A stretch of DNA of 64,000 nucleotides, from contig NC_068992.1 in NCBI RefSeq assembly GCF_001194135.2, positions 55,037,823 through 55,101,822 of the forward strand. The letters are read 5' to 3'. The position numbers and the translations under genes are program-made. This document shows, piece by piece, positions 1 to 13,565 of this stretch. The stretch is from Octopus bimaculoides. Lineage: Eukaryota. The notes under the pieces are model-generated. The model was not told the origin of the DNA. It made no database searches and saw only the letters and a list, made by a program, of their open reading frames with translations. Within the stretch, counting starts at the first letter, position 1. Each line of letters begins with the position of its first letter.

Positions 1-15
1 ATATATATGTATGTA

Positions 16-54
<39 letters not shown>

Positions 55-1034
55 ATAAATACTTACAGAATAATGAATTATTGAATAGGAAAAGACAGCT
101 CCGGAGAAATTCATTGATTACTTATTGAACAATGAGTGTTTGCCGGATTTATGTAAAAAAAAAAAGAAGCTTATTGGAATTTGTATTCAATAAAACAATG
201 AAAACCAAAGTGATTATTTGTTGTGTTTTGGGTTTAAATTTCATAAAAGAATTTTGAAACGCTATATAAATGTATGTGTGTATATATGTTTGAATGGACA
301 TACATACACGCACGCACGCACACACAGGTACACAAGCACACAGACCCACAAACACATACACTCACACACACACACGCGCGCGGAAATACACTCAACCGCA
401 TATATTTTAGTATTGAAGTATTTATAACTATGTAGAAAATTATTATGTGACGCACTATATGTGTACATACATATAAAAACATACATGCACATACACATGT
501 ATACATATATATATTTCTACTTATATGTGTATATGTATGTACGTAAGTTTATATGTATATTTGTATGTATGCGTGTATGTATGTTTGTATGTATGTATGT
601 ATATGTTTGTATGTATGTGTATGGCAATATTCGGTAACTCATGACCATGTCTAAGATATCCTCAATTTTGGGACCGCCATGTGTGCAATGCACTAATTAT
701 TGATCATTTCAAACTGGCCACCCGAACATACATTCACAGACACCGTATATATCCGGTTCGACAAACGGCATGATCCGGTAATAATATTGAACGCAGGCAG
801 TAATTATCGCTTGCTAAGGGCGATGATAGTGGTCAATGAAATCAGAGAGAAAAAGGCTCTCACAGCATAATGGATAACACTGCTCTACAAGAGTTTTGGT
901 GTTTAGGAAATAGACATAATCCATATACAAAACCGGTCTCCTGAATCCAAATATATTCTTTTTGACCTATCAGATCTAGTTTTTAAGTTATTGAATATCC
1001 CTACAGTCACTATATATGTGTGTACATCCAGTAT

Positions 1035-1264
1035 GTGGAGGCGCAATGGCCCAGAGGCTAGGGAAGCGGGCTCGCGGTCATAGGATCGCGGTTTCGATTC
1101 CCAGACCGGACGTTGTGAGTGTTTATTGAGCGAAAACACCTAAAAGCTCCACGAGGCTCCAGTAGGAGATGGTGGCGAACTCTGCTGTGAGTACAGCAGG
1201 GTTCGCCACAACTTTCTCTCACTCTTACTTCCTGTTTCTGTTGTACCTGTAATTCAAAGGGTCA
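1035..1264 (+). mobile_element. tRNA-derived SINE, family A, 3'-truncated, with internal hairpin rearrangement
   Basis: Head GTGGAGGCGCAATGGCCCAGAGGCTAGG...GGTTTCGATTCCCAGACC has A/B-box-like motifs; body matches the copies at 24155-24540 and 36473-36842 on the opposite strand. Confidence 0.9.
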
Positions 1265-2095
1265 ACAACTCTGAAGGTAAAAGATGAAGAAATTAAGTTG
1301 ATTTTGGAGATGATACTGCGTTATGATCGTAAATGGGTCATCTATGTTGATTTAAAGATGGTGAATTTTCTCATGAGACAGCAACCTGGTTATACCAAAT
1401 ACTCATGCTTTCTTTGCATGTGGGACAGTAGAGACCGAGTAAACCACTATGTTAAGAAAGACTGGCCGCCTCGAACAAATATGTCACCATGTAGAGCTGC
1501 CAATATATTGGAAGAACTTTTAGTTGAACCAGATAAGATCTTTTTCCCCCCTTTGCATATCAAACACGAGATGATCAAGCAATTCGTCAAAGCTCTTATC
1601 AAAAATGGGGAGTGCTTCAAGTATATCTGCAGTGTATTTCCATACTTGACGATTGAAAAGCTTAAAGCAGAGGATTTTTGATGGACCACAGGTCCGTAAG
1701 CTCTTGAAGGACACAAATTACGTGAAAACGATGATCAAAAATTAAGTATCCACTTGGCTAGCCTTTGCAGAAGTAGTGCAAAATTTCCTTGGGAAACTCA
1801 AAAGTGAAAATTATAAAGATCTTGTTACCAACGTGATATCAATTTTTCGTGATATAGGCGCGAATATGAGCATCAAAGTGCATTATACTTTTAGTCATCT
1901 TGATTGTTTTCCTGAAAATCTCGGGGATGACAGCGATGAACAAGGCGAACGATTCCATCAGGACATCAAGGAGATGGAAACTCGGTACAAAGAACATTGG
2001 GACGCTGTGATGATGGCAGATTATTACTGGTGTTTAAAACGAGAAACTCCTGTTGCTCAACATTGACGGTGCACAAAAGAAGCGTAAATTTATTC
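1265..2095 (+). pseudogene. Decayed DDE DNA-transposase C-terminal half, Chapaev3 (CMC)-like
   Basis: ORFs 1298-1681 and 1776-2066 join across a frameshift (~1675) and a stop. Motifs WVIYVDLK, QQPGYTKYSCFLCMWDSR, PPLHIKHEMIKQFVKAL, (F)DGPQVRKL, NMSIKVHYTFSHLDCFPENLG, SDEQGERFHQDIKEME and MMADYYWCLKR are typical of this widespread family. The superfamily label is from recall, not a database search. Confidence 0.8.
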
Positions 2096-2112
2096 CTTGC
2101 ATTTTCTACCAA

Positions 2113-2262
2113 ACATCGACCCCAGTACGAAATTGGTACTTAATATATCGACCCTGAAAGGATGAAAGGCAAAGTCGACCTCGGCGGAATTTGAACTCAG
2201 AACATAATTATAGACGAAACACCGCCAAACATTTCGTGCTAACGTGTCTGCCTGCTCGCTCC
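2113..2262 (-). mobile_element. tRNA-derived SINE, family B
   Basis: ATCGACCCCAGT...TGGTACTT...GGATGAAAGGCAAAGTCGACCTCGGCGGAATTTGAACTCAGAAC recurs more than 10 times in the window. Confidence 0.9.
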
Positions 2263-2393
2263 CTTCCATACAGCATATAATGAAAACGCGCTGTACTCAT
2301 TCAAACATCGTCGCTATCTTTCCAAATTCTACTGCATTTAACATGGAAGTTGTAGTCTCAAAAATATCGATTTGTATGCAGGAAAATATGGTA

Positions 2394-2545
<152 letters not shown>

Positions 2546-3396
2546 CATACTCACGCACAAACATAAATATGTATATATATATACATATACATATATACAC
2601 AAAACATACACACACACTACACAGAAACACAAACACACTCATACATTTTATCATCCTCTATACGAGAAAGCCTCAGCTTTAGTCAGGCACTTATACACAT
2701 GCACATAAACACAAACTCCCATTGTTAGTTAGACACACATATACACACACACGCACATACGCACGCACACACACAAGCACGCACAAATACACTCAGGTAC
2801 AGGTACGCTCACATATATTACATGTGCACGCTCATATTCGTGTAATGCAATATACTTAAGTTATTTCTGTATTCCATAACCGAAATCCTCGTCGTAATCA
2901 TTTTATATGCTAAACCCTTTTAGATATAAGTACTATTTCAAGTCGTTTCTGGCGATCGAAGCATGAATAGTCAGTATGGGTTTCCTTCCTCATAAAGAGG
3001 TCAGCTCGTCAGTTACTTGGAGACTTGGCTATTGTTATAATGCATATATATATATATATATATCAGACACACACACTCTCGGCCGACAGCGCTTTCGATC
3101 GCCAACTCACGGGTACGCTACCGGCTGCGTGGCTCGTAAGGCAGCCGATACGTAGGCCTTTCCATCGCACCGGCGGTTCGGCTGCGGCATAATCTGTATA
3201 TATGATACATTATTATCGTTCACTGATACAGTTCGATATCGATCGATAATTCATTATAATGTAAACGAAATGCAAATCACACAAACACACACATACACAC
3301 ACACGCACATCATATATATATGTGTGTGTATANNNNNNNNNNNNNNNNNNNNNNNNNNNNNNNNNNNNNNNNNNNNNNNNNNNNNNTATATATATT

Positions 3397-3428
<32 letters not shown>

Positions 3429-3829
3429 CACACACATGCATAAACGTATATATATATATATATATATATGTGTGTATGTGTGTGTATGTGTGTCTAATAT
3501 CACACACACACACACACACACGTGATTTATTTATGAATTTAATTTGGATAAATAACTTAAATTATGAGAAATAGGGCAGAGAACCAAGGTTAACATATAA
3601 ATGCTTTACATATTCCAAAGAATATTGATTCCTACAAGAGTCATATGAAGTATATAACTTCATATAATATAATAGAAACTTGAAGATGCGGTGACTGCCA
3701 AATATATACATGTTTAATACATGAGAACAAAATTACTTGAAAGTTACAAGAATATCTTTGTAAGTAGCTTTAAATATTAACTATTACAGGCGTTGTTTGT
3801 GTGTGTAATTTTTTCAGCTTCATACCCGT

Positions 3830-4010
3830 CTGTACCCAGCACACCTATGATTGATAACAATCTGACCGTGACCGCCTTGTCTCTTCCGGCAGAGATTATC
3901 TCAGACTACCTTTTTGATTGTCTTGCATTATTTAATTACGGTCGAATATGATTTGAGAGAGATTTGGTTGCTATTTCTAGCGGTTACGACAACCATGTAG
4001 TGAGTCCGTT
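3830..4010. mobile_element. Old SINE-like repeat (GCTATTTCTAGC family)
   Basis: ACCTATGAT...CCGTGACC...TGATTTGAGAGAGATTTGGTTGCTATTTCTAGC; a similar diverged copy lies at ~27235-27420. Confidence 0.5.
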
Positions 4011-4059
4011 ACAGGGTCTTTGTGGTATTAGACATTTAGCTGAAAATAACAATTGGTTA

Positions 4060-4590
4060 TTTTACTCTTTCCTTTTTCGTTTTGCTTGTTTACGTCATTG
4101 GACAGCGGCCATGCTGGGGTATCGCCTCGAAGGATCTAGTCGAACAAATTTACCCTAGTTCTTATTTCCAAATCTGGTACTTATATTATCAGTGTCATTT
4201 GCGGAAGCAGGACAAACACAACACAAACACAAAGACACACGAAAGGAAACACACGCACATTTGCTGGCCACGTTCTACTTCTTCTAAAGGGTATTTACCC
4301 GATTTTCTAAGCTGTCATCACAGCCATCCTGCGTTCGAGAATTCCTTTATTTTCTCTCTCTCTCCCCACTCTCTCTGTCTCTGCCTATATATACATACAT
4401 ACACACACACACGCACACACACATATATAATCGGCAGGCTTCCTCATCGTTTCTGCCTACAAAATTCACTCACAAGGCAGTAGTTGGTCCAAAACTATAG
4501 TTGAAAATACTCAAGTTGCGGCGCAGTGGGACTGAAACCGAAACCACGTGGTGACAAAGTGAGTTTCTTAATCACACAGCCATGCTCAAC
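4060..4590 (-). mobile_element. SINE family C (tRNA head + CORE-like body + internal microsatellite + tail), diverged
   Basis: Reverse complement of the tail (GCGGCCATGCTGG, TGGTACTTAT) and head (CAGTGGGACTGAA, ACACAGCCATG) match the copy at 29692-30140. Confidence 0.8.
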
Positions 4591-4995
4591 CCTTTCACAA
4601 TAAATGAATACATAGACAAATTCTAAAATAGTGAAAGTGAAAGTGAAAGTTAAAATTTGATCTGAAAATAGTCTAACAATAATCAATATCTTTATGATGT
4701 TTGTAAAAAGCCAAATGACAAGTAAATATATAAATGAATAAATATTTATTACGTTTTCAAAAAAGAGTTCATACAATTAAATTTATTGTTAAAATTTGCA
4801 TTTACCAATTCATTATTCATTGACTTATCTATATATTTATTCATGTGCCTCTTTATTTAAATTCTTTATTTAGTGGGTGGCATTCAGTGCTTGGCGATGT
4901 TATTAGTAATAATAGTTTAAAATTTAGCACAAGCACAGCAATTTCTGGGGAGGGTGCAAATCGATTACATCGACCCCAGTCCTCAACTGGTATCC

Positions 4996-5041
<46 letters not shown>

Positions 5042-5744
5042 AACTATCGCCATCTATTGAAACAAGTCACGCAAATGGACCTCCGTCGGTTTCTACGAGA
5101 AAGATTAATTTCTTTCATCAACTGAATTACTCGCTCATTGAATTAGTGTGATTATATATTCCGCAGACATGGGTGCATTTACCGTAATTCTTACACAGAA
5201 TGAACGTGGCCCAAAAGCAATGGCAAAAGACATTTGCCCAGCAGGCTACAGTGATGAATCGAAAAGGGGACCACGTGATTAACAAGTGAACTGCTGAACA
5301 AGTCTATTATAATACGTCAACAAATATCTATTTGATTAGCCATTTAATTAAATGGATATATGTGTTTAATTCATTTCCTAATTAATCACATTCCTATCCG
5401 TACATTAATCTGTATTTTCCACCTTCGCTTCATTTTGACCAAGACAGTCTGCCCGATCACTTGACCTATCACCATATTGACTATGTCTCATAAATTTCCA
5501 TCTCCTCTTCTTTTTCTGCTTTCTCACTTTAGGTGCTCTACTCTGACGCCTTCATTTTGCAGTCAGCTATCTTACTGCCCACTTCTACAATTCATAACCA
5601 TCCTCGTTATTTAAACGCTTTCTTATCATAAACATATATAGATTAGGCTCTGTTTCGTACTGAAACGAACTCTTATTTTTGTTTTAGTCATTAATTTGAA
5701 TTACTTTAGTTCTGGTCAGTAATTAATTTAATGCTGTCAAATCT

Positions 5745-5955
5745 TGGCACAAGGCCACCAAGTTCGGGGTTGAAGGCAAACCGATTACATCGACCCAGCA
5801 TTCAACTGGTATTTATTTTATCGATCCCGAACCCCGCAAGGATGAAAGGCATAGTCTTCCTCGGTGGAATTTAAATTCAGAAAGTAAAGACGGACGAAAT
5901 GTCGCTAAGCATTTTGTCCGGCGTGCTAAGGATTCTTCCAGCTCACCGCCTTCTC
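5745..5955 (-). mobile_element. SINE family B, near full length
   Basis: GGCACAAGGCC...ATCGACCCAG...GGATGAAAGGC...GCTAAGCATTTTGTCCGGCGTGCTAA...GCTCACCGCCTT. Confidence 0.9.
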
Positions 5956-8334
5956 CTAGTCATTAATTTATTAATTGTAAGTATTTCCACACTAGTCGAT
6001 GTATTAGGATATTTTCCCTACATTGTGACTCCAACCGTTTTAATCGTAAAAATATTACCTATATGACTATAATATATGTGTGTGTGTAATAATTTCTGTT
6101 GCAGAATTCGAATTTAATCTTCTTATACAGCGTCATCGCAAACTAGTGTATATCTTATATATAAATATCTATACACTTCACACTAGGTGATTGGATCTTG
6201 TTTTGCAAGTGACACAAGCACGTGACATTGGCAAGACACCACAACAGCGAAATACATGTTCCTGCTTCCAAATAGTTTTTTTTTTAGCAAACCGTTGCAA
6301 GTACTTTCCTTTCAAATAAAACATGTATAAATATTGTGTAGTATTCCTGTGAAGGATGAATAATTAGTGAGTAAATAAGAAGCAACATGCTTCTTGTAAT
6401 GTATACACGTACATAGTACTCTACGTAAGATATATTGCTAAATTCATTGAATAGTGATCTCCTCGATCTTTCGATTAATAACATGAAGTGTGTGTATATA
6501 TATATATATTTTTTTTTTTCGTGCAGCTGAAGATTGCTCTTCATATTGCATTTAAGGTAATGCTCACATTACTTAAATAAATTGAAGTAGCATGAAACGT
6601 GCGTACTGCAATCACTTTTGAAATCCGTGTTGCTTATTGTTTGATATATNNNNNNNNNNNNNNNNNNNNNNNNNNNNNNNNNNNNNNNNNNNNNNNNNNN
6701 NNNNNNNNNNNNNNNNNNNNNNNNNNNNNNNNNNNNNNNNNNNNNNNNNNNNNNNNNNNNNNNNNNNNNNNNNNNNNNNNNNNNNNNNNNNNNNNNNNNN
6801 NNNNNNNNNNNNNNNNNNNNNNNNNNNNNNNNNNNNNNNNNNNNNNNNNNNNNNNNNNNNNNNNNNNNNNNNNNNNNNNNNNNNNNNNNNNNNNNNNNNN
6901 NNNNNNNNNNNNNNNNNNNNNNNNNNNNNNNNNNNNNNNNNNNNNNNNNNNNNNNNNNNNNNNNNNNNNNNNNNNNNNNNNNNNNNNNNNNNNNNNNNNN
7001 NNNNNNNNNNNNNNNNNNNNNNNNNNNNNNNNNNNNNNNNNNNNNNNNNNNNNNNNNNNNNNNNNNNNNNNNNNNNNNNNNNNNNNNNNNNNNNNNNNGG
7101 TGCCATCCATTTTTATTTTATTTTATCTTATATTGTATATTGTATATCATATTATATATTGTATATTCCATATTCTATACCCCACATTAGTTCTGCAGGA
7201 ATATAAATAAAACATAAAAAACAGACAGTGTTGGAACTCTTTTAAGCAAAATAATATATATATATCTATATATATATACATATATATGTAGAAACAGGTG
7301 GAAATCAACATGCAAAGTAATGTTGATTCACATGGCGTTACCAATACGTAATATTCTTAAATCAGTAGCAAAGTTCATAGCAGAATCGTGCCACGTTGGA
7401 ATATACTTCCATTCTCGTGATTATACGAGTATGCTAATCACTTAGCATTCTTTGTAAGCGAAGTGATTAAACTTCCTCTACTAATGTATCTCTCAATCTG
7501 TCTGCCTGTCTGCCCGTTAATGTGTCTATCTGCCTACCTCAACCTAAAATTTTTGTACGTTTTCTCACTCCCTCTCTTTCTCTGTCCAGTATATGTACCT
7601 ATGCATATATATTATATACACACTGTATCTATCTATCTATCTATCTATTACATAGCTATCTTTCTATACCTTTATATTTTTATTCTTTTACACACACACA
7701 CACACACACGTNNNNNNNNNNTGTATACACACACACACACACACACACACACAGTTATATGAATTCGAGAAATTGAAATTGTTTTTATAGATTGTACTAT
7801 TATGATTTCACTTAACTATTAGAAGTGATGTGATATGTTTTTTAACATAACCATTTGAAGTGATTTGATTAAGTGTAACTGAGTAAGTTTTACAATGTTT
7901 TTATTTAATAACATTCATAATGAAATGGGAAAATGCTTATGAAAACTAATTTAAATATTTGAGCTTCTACTATTTACATTATGGGCAAGAAGTATACCAA
8001 CAAGCTTTCGAATATTCCCAACTCAATTATAAGGTTTAATGTAAGATATGTCATGTTTAACCTTCTTATTTGAAATACTGTGAATTTAATACTGTGAAAT
8101 TAAATTTGTTAAATAGCAAAAATTTTGGAGTGTACTATAAATCAAGTAATGTATTATAAACCATTATTTAAATTAGGTGTTACATGGAGGAAGTCAACCG
8201 TATTAAAATCAGCCTCTAAAGTAATGGAAAACCTAGGCCTTTCAGGAAAGGTGAATATCCTCTCAAACTTTATTAGCATTTTGTTGATTACAGTTGGTTA
8301 GTGTTACTAGATCGTAGTCACAGGAATCTCTACC

Positions 8335-8812
8335 TTGAGTAATCAGAAATCTTTCTTAGTTTATGTTAGTGTGGTGGACGACTTTGAAAGGACTGAAGAC
8401 GGATACTTCCCTCTTCCGCTAAGCCCTCATCGACTTTTCCAAGTTCTGCTTGAAAGGGATAGAGAAGGTGGAAAGAGAAGTGATATCCTCATCCAGTATT
8501 TTTATCGAAAGATGGGTGAATGTGGCGAGGAGCCCTATGAATGGGTTAATCTGTACATAACCTTGTAAGCCAGGGAGTTTGAAGAGGGGGAAAGGTGCCG
8601 CCTAAGGTGCCCTTGGCGTTGTGGGTGATCAAGAATTTGTGGGATTCCTTGATTGTCCCCCTTTCTGGGAAATTTTGTAGTAAAATTTTAATTGTTAATT
8701 GTTATTGTTTTTTTTTTTATAACCACGACTTTTTGTGCGAAGTGCCGCTCGTCCCTTGTTTGGTATTATCCCTATTTGTTTTGTGTTTGGCTCTTTGGCC
8801 AATAGATACAAG
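8335..8812 (+). mobile_element. 5'-truncated L1/Tx1-like LINE, ORF2 C-terminus plus 3' UTR
   Basis: A frame not in the ORF track reads FMLVWWTTLKGLKTDTSLFR*ALIDFSKFCLKGIEKVEREVISSSSIFIERWVNVAR, resembling the Tx1 C-terminal W...R / F..RW pattern; followed by a T-rich UTR and a (TTA)n tail. Confidence 0.5.
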
Positions 8813-9203
8813 GTTATTATTATTATTATTATTATTATTGTTGTTGTTGTTGTTGCTGTTTATGTATTTATTTATTTTGTGTGGAGCAATGAGTATGGAA
8901 ATAAACTATAGATGGATATTGCGTTCATACAAAAAAGGAGAAAGAAGGGGAGAGGTAGAAAAGGAGGGAAAAATACAGGGAGTTTATATGTGAGAGAAAA
9001 AGATGGAGAGAGAAAGAGAGAGAAAGAGAGAAAAGGAAGTATAGCGAAAGGAAGAGGATGGGAAAGGAAACTAAAAGAGAAAGCTTGAGTGATATATACA
9101 TAGATGATGGAAAACAATATGTAAAAGAACAAACCGTGCTACCGATACCGGTAATATAAAAAAAAAGACGTATGCACTAATAAATAAGCAAAAGTTGCAG
9201 AAC

Positions 9204-9358
<155 letters not shown>

Positions 9359-10149
9359 ACTAATGAATTGCGTACCTTTACTCATGTGTATATTAACGAC
9401 CTTACAGTTCCAAAACCTGGAAACGTTAGAGAATAATTTATTTCGACGTAGAAATGGATTTTTGTTATACTAACGCAAAGGAAAAAAAAAAAAAGAAAGA
9501 GAAACTGAAAGTTATGTTTTGTTGGTGACTGAAGTTTGTAGCTTGAAAATTGAGAAAAAACTGTGAAAAGAAAGGAAGAACAAAACAGCGTGTTGTTAGA
9601 AGTATGTGCGTTTTAGAGGTATTTAAATATGGCGCAAAAGATTCAATTAGATCCAAGTTATTTTGCAATTATATAAGAAGGTTTTACTGAAGCAGCACAA
9701 GAGCAGATATTATATGGTTAACATCGATGTATGTATGTATGTATGTATGTATGATTGTATGAATGTATGTATGCATGTATGTATGTATGTATGTATGTAT
9801 GTATGTATGTACGTACGTACCTATGTATTATACACGCACACGTGTATATATATATATATATATATANNNNNNNNNNNNNNNNNNNNNNNNNNNNNNNNNN
9901 NNNNNNNNNNNNNNNNNNNNNNNNNNNNNNNNNNNNNNNNNNNNNNNNNNNNNNNNNNNNNNNNNNNNNNNNNNNNNNNNNNNNNNNNNNNNNNNNNNNN
10001 NNNNNNNNNNNNNNNNNNNNNNNNNNNNNNNNNNNNNNNNNNNNNNNNNNNNNNNNNNNNNNNNNNNNNNNNNNNNNNNNNNNNNNNNNNNNNNNNNNNN
10101 NNNNNNNNNNNNNNNNNNNNNNNNNNNNNNNNNNNNNNNNNNNNNNNNN

Positions 10150-10184
<35 letters not shown>

Positions 10185-10475
10185 ATTTATGTTGACATGC
10201 ACATGTGTATAAATATAATATCACAAATCCTCATTGTGGGTAAACTGAGAATATAAACGCATTATTTCTATAATGTTCATGCGCGGTAAACAAGAGTTGT
10301 TCTCCTGACGGACCGCTTCATTGTTTATTGACTGCTCCTCAGAGAGAATGTACTCAGTTTCTCTTCTAAATGAATAGCACAGGTCATTTACTAATCTAAA
10401 ATAATCATATATATATATAGTATTAAGTTAACGCGTTACTGGATAACCTAATTTGAATATTTTTGTTTTTGACAG

Positions 10476-10555
10476 TTCTTCATTCATCAAACAATATCCG
10501 TTACTTTGCATATCACAGAAGAAACGAAACAGAAATTTCATTATATGCTAATGAA
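10476..10555 (+). CDS. Candidate internal exon of unidentified gene
   Basis: Acceptor ATATTTTTGTTTTTGACAG, donor GAA|GTGAGG; open in two frames (LHSSNNIRYFAYHRRNETEISLYANE or FFIHQTISVTLHITEETKQKFHYMLM). No homology recognised. Confidence 0.2.
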
Positions 10556-11310
10556 GTGAGGATAAATATACATGATGTTACCTGACAGATCATTTCACGT
10601 TTGTCAACTACTTCGATTACAAGACGTTTCCACTTCATTCAACAGTCAATAGCACCATCTGCTATATAAGGCACTCAAATATTAGATTTACCTCTCTTAA
10701 AGAAATCGAGTACATATTTTTTGAGGAGCGGCCAGCACACATTGAAACAGCTCGTCAGGAGATTCCCTCCCAGCAATAGCGGCAATGTTTACAGTCTAGT
10801 ATTTTTCTTTCTTTTACCCACAGCCACAGTGAGGTTCTGCAACACATAAATCTATTCCAGTTCTTATTTACAATGCGCTGTTCAATAGGCAGATATATAT
10901 TGATCAAATTGATGTAAACATCTCAATCTAACAAGTTTCAAAAATGAATTAAAGATGTTCATAATTTTTTAATCTACAGAGAAGTAGCTAAATTTCCCCT
11001 GGTTATATATTTATTGTATAGGTTACATATATTGTATAGTACCTTGATACAGTGTAGACTCAGTTCCTCGTTAACTGTACCCTGACATTAAATAAAGTGT
11101 TAAGTAGCTCCAATTCTCTTTGGCTACTACAATTGTTGAGTATATAAGCAGATTGGCTGCTCATTTCTCCAGGATTTGTCAAATTGATGTAGACATTTCT
11201 GATGAGAAAGCAATATGGTCCGAAATTCAGTTAAGACTATTCATCATTTTTTCAATCTACGGAGAATTTGGTAAATTAACCCGATATATACAGGACAAAA
11301 ATTAGACCTA

Positions 11311-11368
11311 TATAAATATACGGGGTTAATTTTTATATAAATATATAAATTAACCCTGTATATTTATA
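11311..11368. mobile_element. Ultra-short palindromic Tc1/mariner-like MITE
   Basis: 22-bp arms TATAAATATACGGGGTTAATTT / AAATTAACCCTGTATATTTATA with 1 mismatch; the TACAGGG core resembles Tc1-type TIRs. Confidence 0.5.
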
Positions 11369-11393
11369 CACATACACGCACGCACGCACACAC

Positions 11394-11438
<45 letters not shown>

Positions 11439-11649
11439 CAAACACACACATATACACACATATGGAGAATAAGAAAATGGAGTTATTGGAGTTAATAAGA
11501 GCTTGTTATCAGCAAAATATCGATCATTATACTTTACAGCTGTTTCAATTAAGTTCAATGAAATTAAATATATATTAAAAACATATTTCTCGGCAAAATC
11601 TCTTCAGAGGGAGAAAAAAATACCCTTAAGTAGTTTGTGGAATCATCAC

Positions 11650-11765
11650 GGCAGTCTACCAAATTCACATTGAAGGATTTGGTCGGCCCGAGGCTATAGA
11701 AGAAGTGACTGAACTCGAAACAACGTAGTTGGGAGTAAAGCTTCTTTCCACACAGCCACGTCTAA
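11650..11765 (-). mobile_element. SINE family C head
   Basis: TCTACCAAATTCAC...TTGGTCGGCCCGAGGCTATAGAAGAA...CCACACAGCCAC. Confidence 0.8.
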
Positions 11766-11767
11766 AA

Positions 11768-11803
<36 letters not shown>

Positions 11804-13206
11804 CTCTACTTGTTTCAGTTAGGGACAAACACAGACAGAAAAATACGCGCACATACACATACACACACACATATACACACACATATATATATATTACAGG
11901 TCAAATGTGTCCCAAATATATTTATTATATGAATATTATTGTTCCTGAAAGATTTGATTACTGTTCCATAATGTAATCATGTTTTACTACTTAGTGTACT
12001 CCATGTACAATATAAGCCAACGATATGCATTCATCTTTAATAAGCCGGGACAATCAACAGACCATATGGTATTCTATTGGCGTAGATAGCACCGGTGTCT
12101 GCATACCGAATTTTGCTATCCCCAATCAACCGAAAAAAATACATTACGTAGCCGTTAAATAAGAATATAAATGTAATTGCATATTGATAAAATATGTGTG
12201 TATAAACGTGTACCCAATTACATACACGTATATATTCTCGATTCCTCTCTCTTTAAAACATTTATCTATCTATCCATCATGCATATACACCCATATACTT
12301 AGAATGATTGCTCCCGTTTGTTTTTCTTTTTCTGCGAAGTGACGCAAGATATTTTTTTTTTATTGACTCATCTATCGATTTCGCGTATCCACCACCTTTC
12401 GCTTTACCCGGATAAATCATTCGCCTTTTGCTAACGATTTCCATGGAGACGTATAATTAGATCATATATGCATACATACATAGATACAAACATGCATANN
12501 NNNNNNNNNNNNNNNNNNNNNNNNNNNNNNNNNNNNNNNNNNNNNNNNNNNNNNNNNNNNNNNNNNNNNNNNNNNNNNNNNNNNNNNNNNNNNNNNNNNN
12601 NNNNNNNNNNNNNNNNNNNNNNNNNNNNNNNNNNNNNNNNNNNNNNNNNNNNNNNNNNNNNNNNNNNNNNNNNNNNNNNNNNNNNNNNNNNNNNNNNNNN
12701 NNNNNNNNNNNNNNNNNNNNNNNNNNNNNNNNNNNNNNNNNNNNNNNNNNNNNNNNNNNNNNNNNNNNNNNNNNNNNNNNNNNNNNNNNNNNNNNNNNNN
12801 NNNNNNNNNNNNNNNNNNNNNNNNNNNNNNNNNNNNNNNNNNNNNNNNNNNNNNNNNNNNNNNNNNNNNNNNNNNNNNNNNNNNNNNNNNNNNNNNNNNN
12901 NNNNNNNNNNNNNNNNNNNNNNNNNNNNNNNNNNNNNNNNNNNNNNNNNNNNNNNTACATACATATATACATACATATGTGTGTGTAGAAAATTCTCCAC
13001 AACCACATACCAAAGGTACAGCGGCTTAAAGTAATTTCCGAAAAGAATATTATTGCGGAATAAAAATGAAAATTGACGTCGTTCAATTGCAAAAGGTATG
13101 GCTCTTCTGATTTAGTACACACATCTCCACACACACACTCACGCACAGACACACGCACATATGCATATATACATACATACATATATAGGCATATATATAC
13201 ATACAT

Positions 13207-13237
<31 letters not shown>

Positions 13238-13443
13238 TATATACCCACATCATAGGTATATATTAAATAAGTATATGTATATGTTTGTCTGCGTGTGTGT
13301 ATATGTGTGTGTATATATGTATATATGTACATCTGTATCTATATTTACATCTATATTGGTCTCTCTCTTTCAATCTCTCTTTCTCTCTATATATATATGT
13401 GTGTGTGTGTATATGTATATGTGTATATATATGTATATGTGGG

Positions 13444-13504
<61 letters not shown>

Positions 13505-13513
13505 GGATAGATG

Positions 13514-13565
<52 letters not shown>

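Noticed and set aside
12040-12130. Minus-strand IRYADTGAIY resembling the PolB YxDTDS motif (Polinton)
   Set aside because: The catalytic DTD is not preserved, the frame is short and no other PolB motif is nearby.
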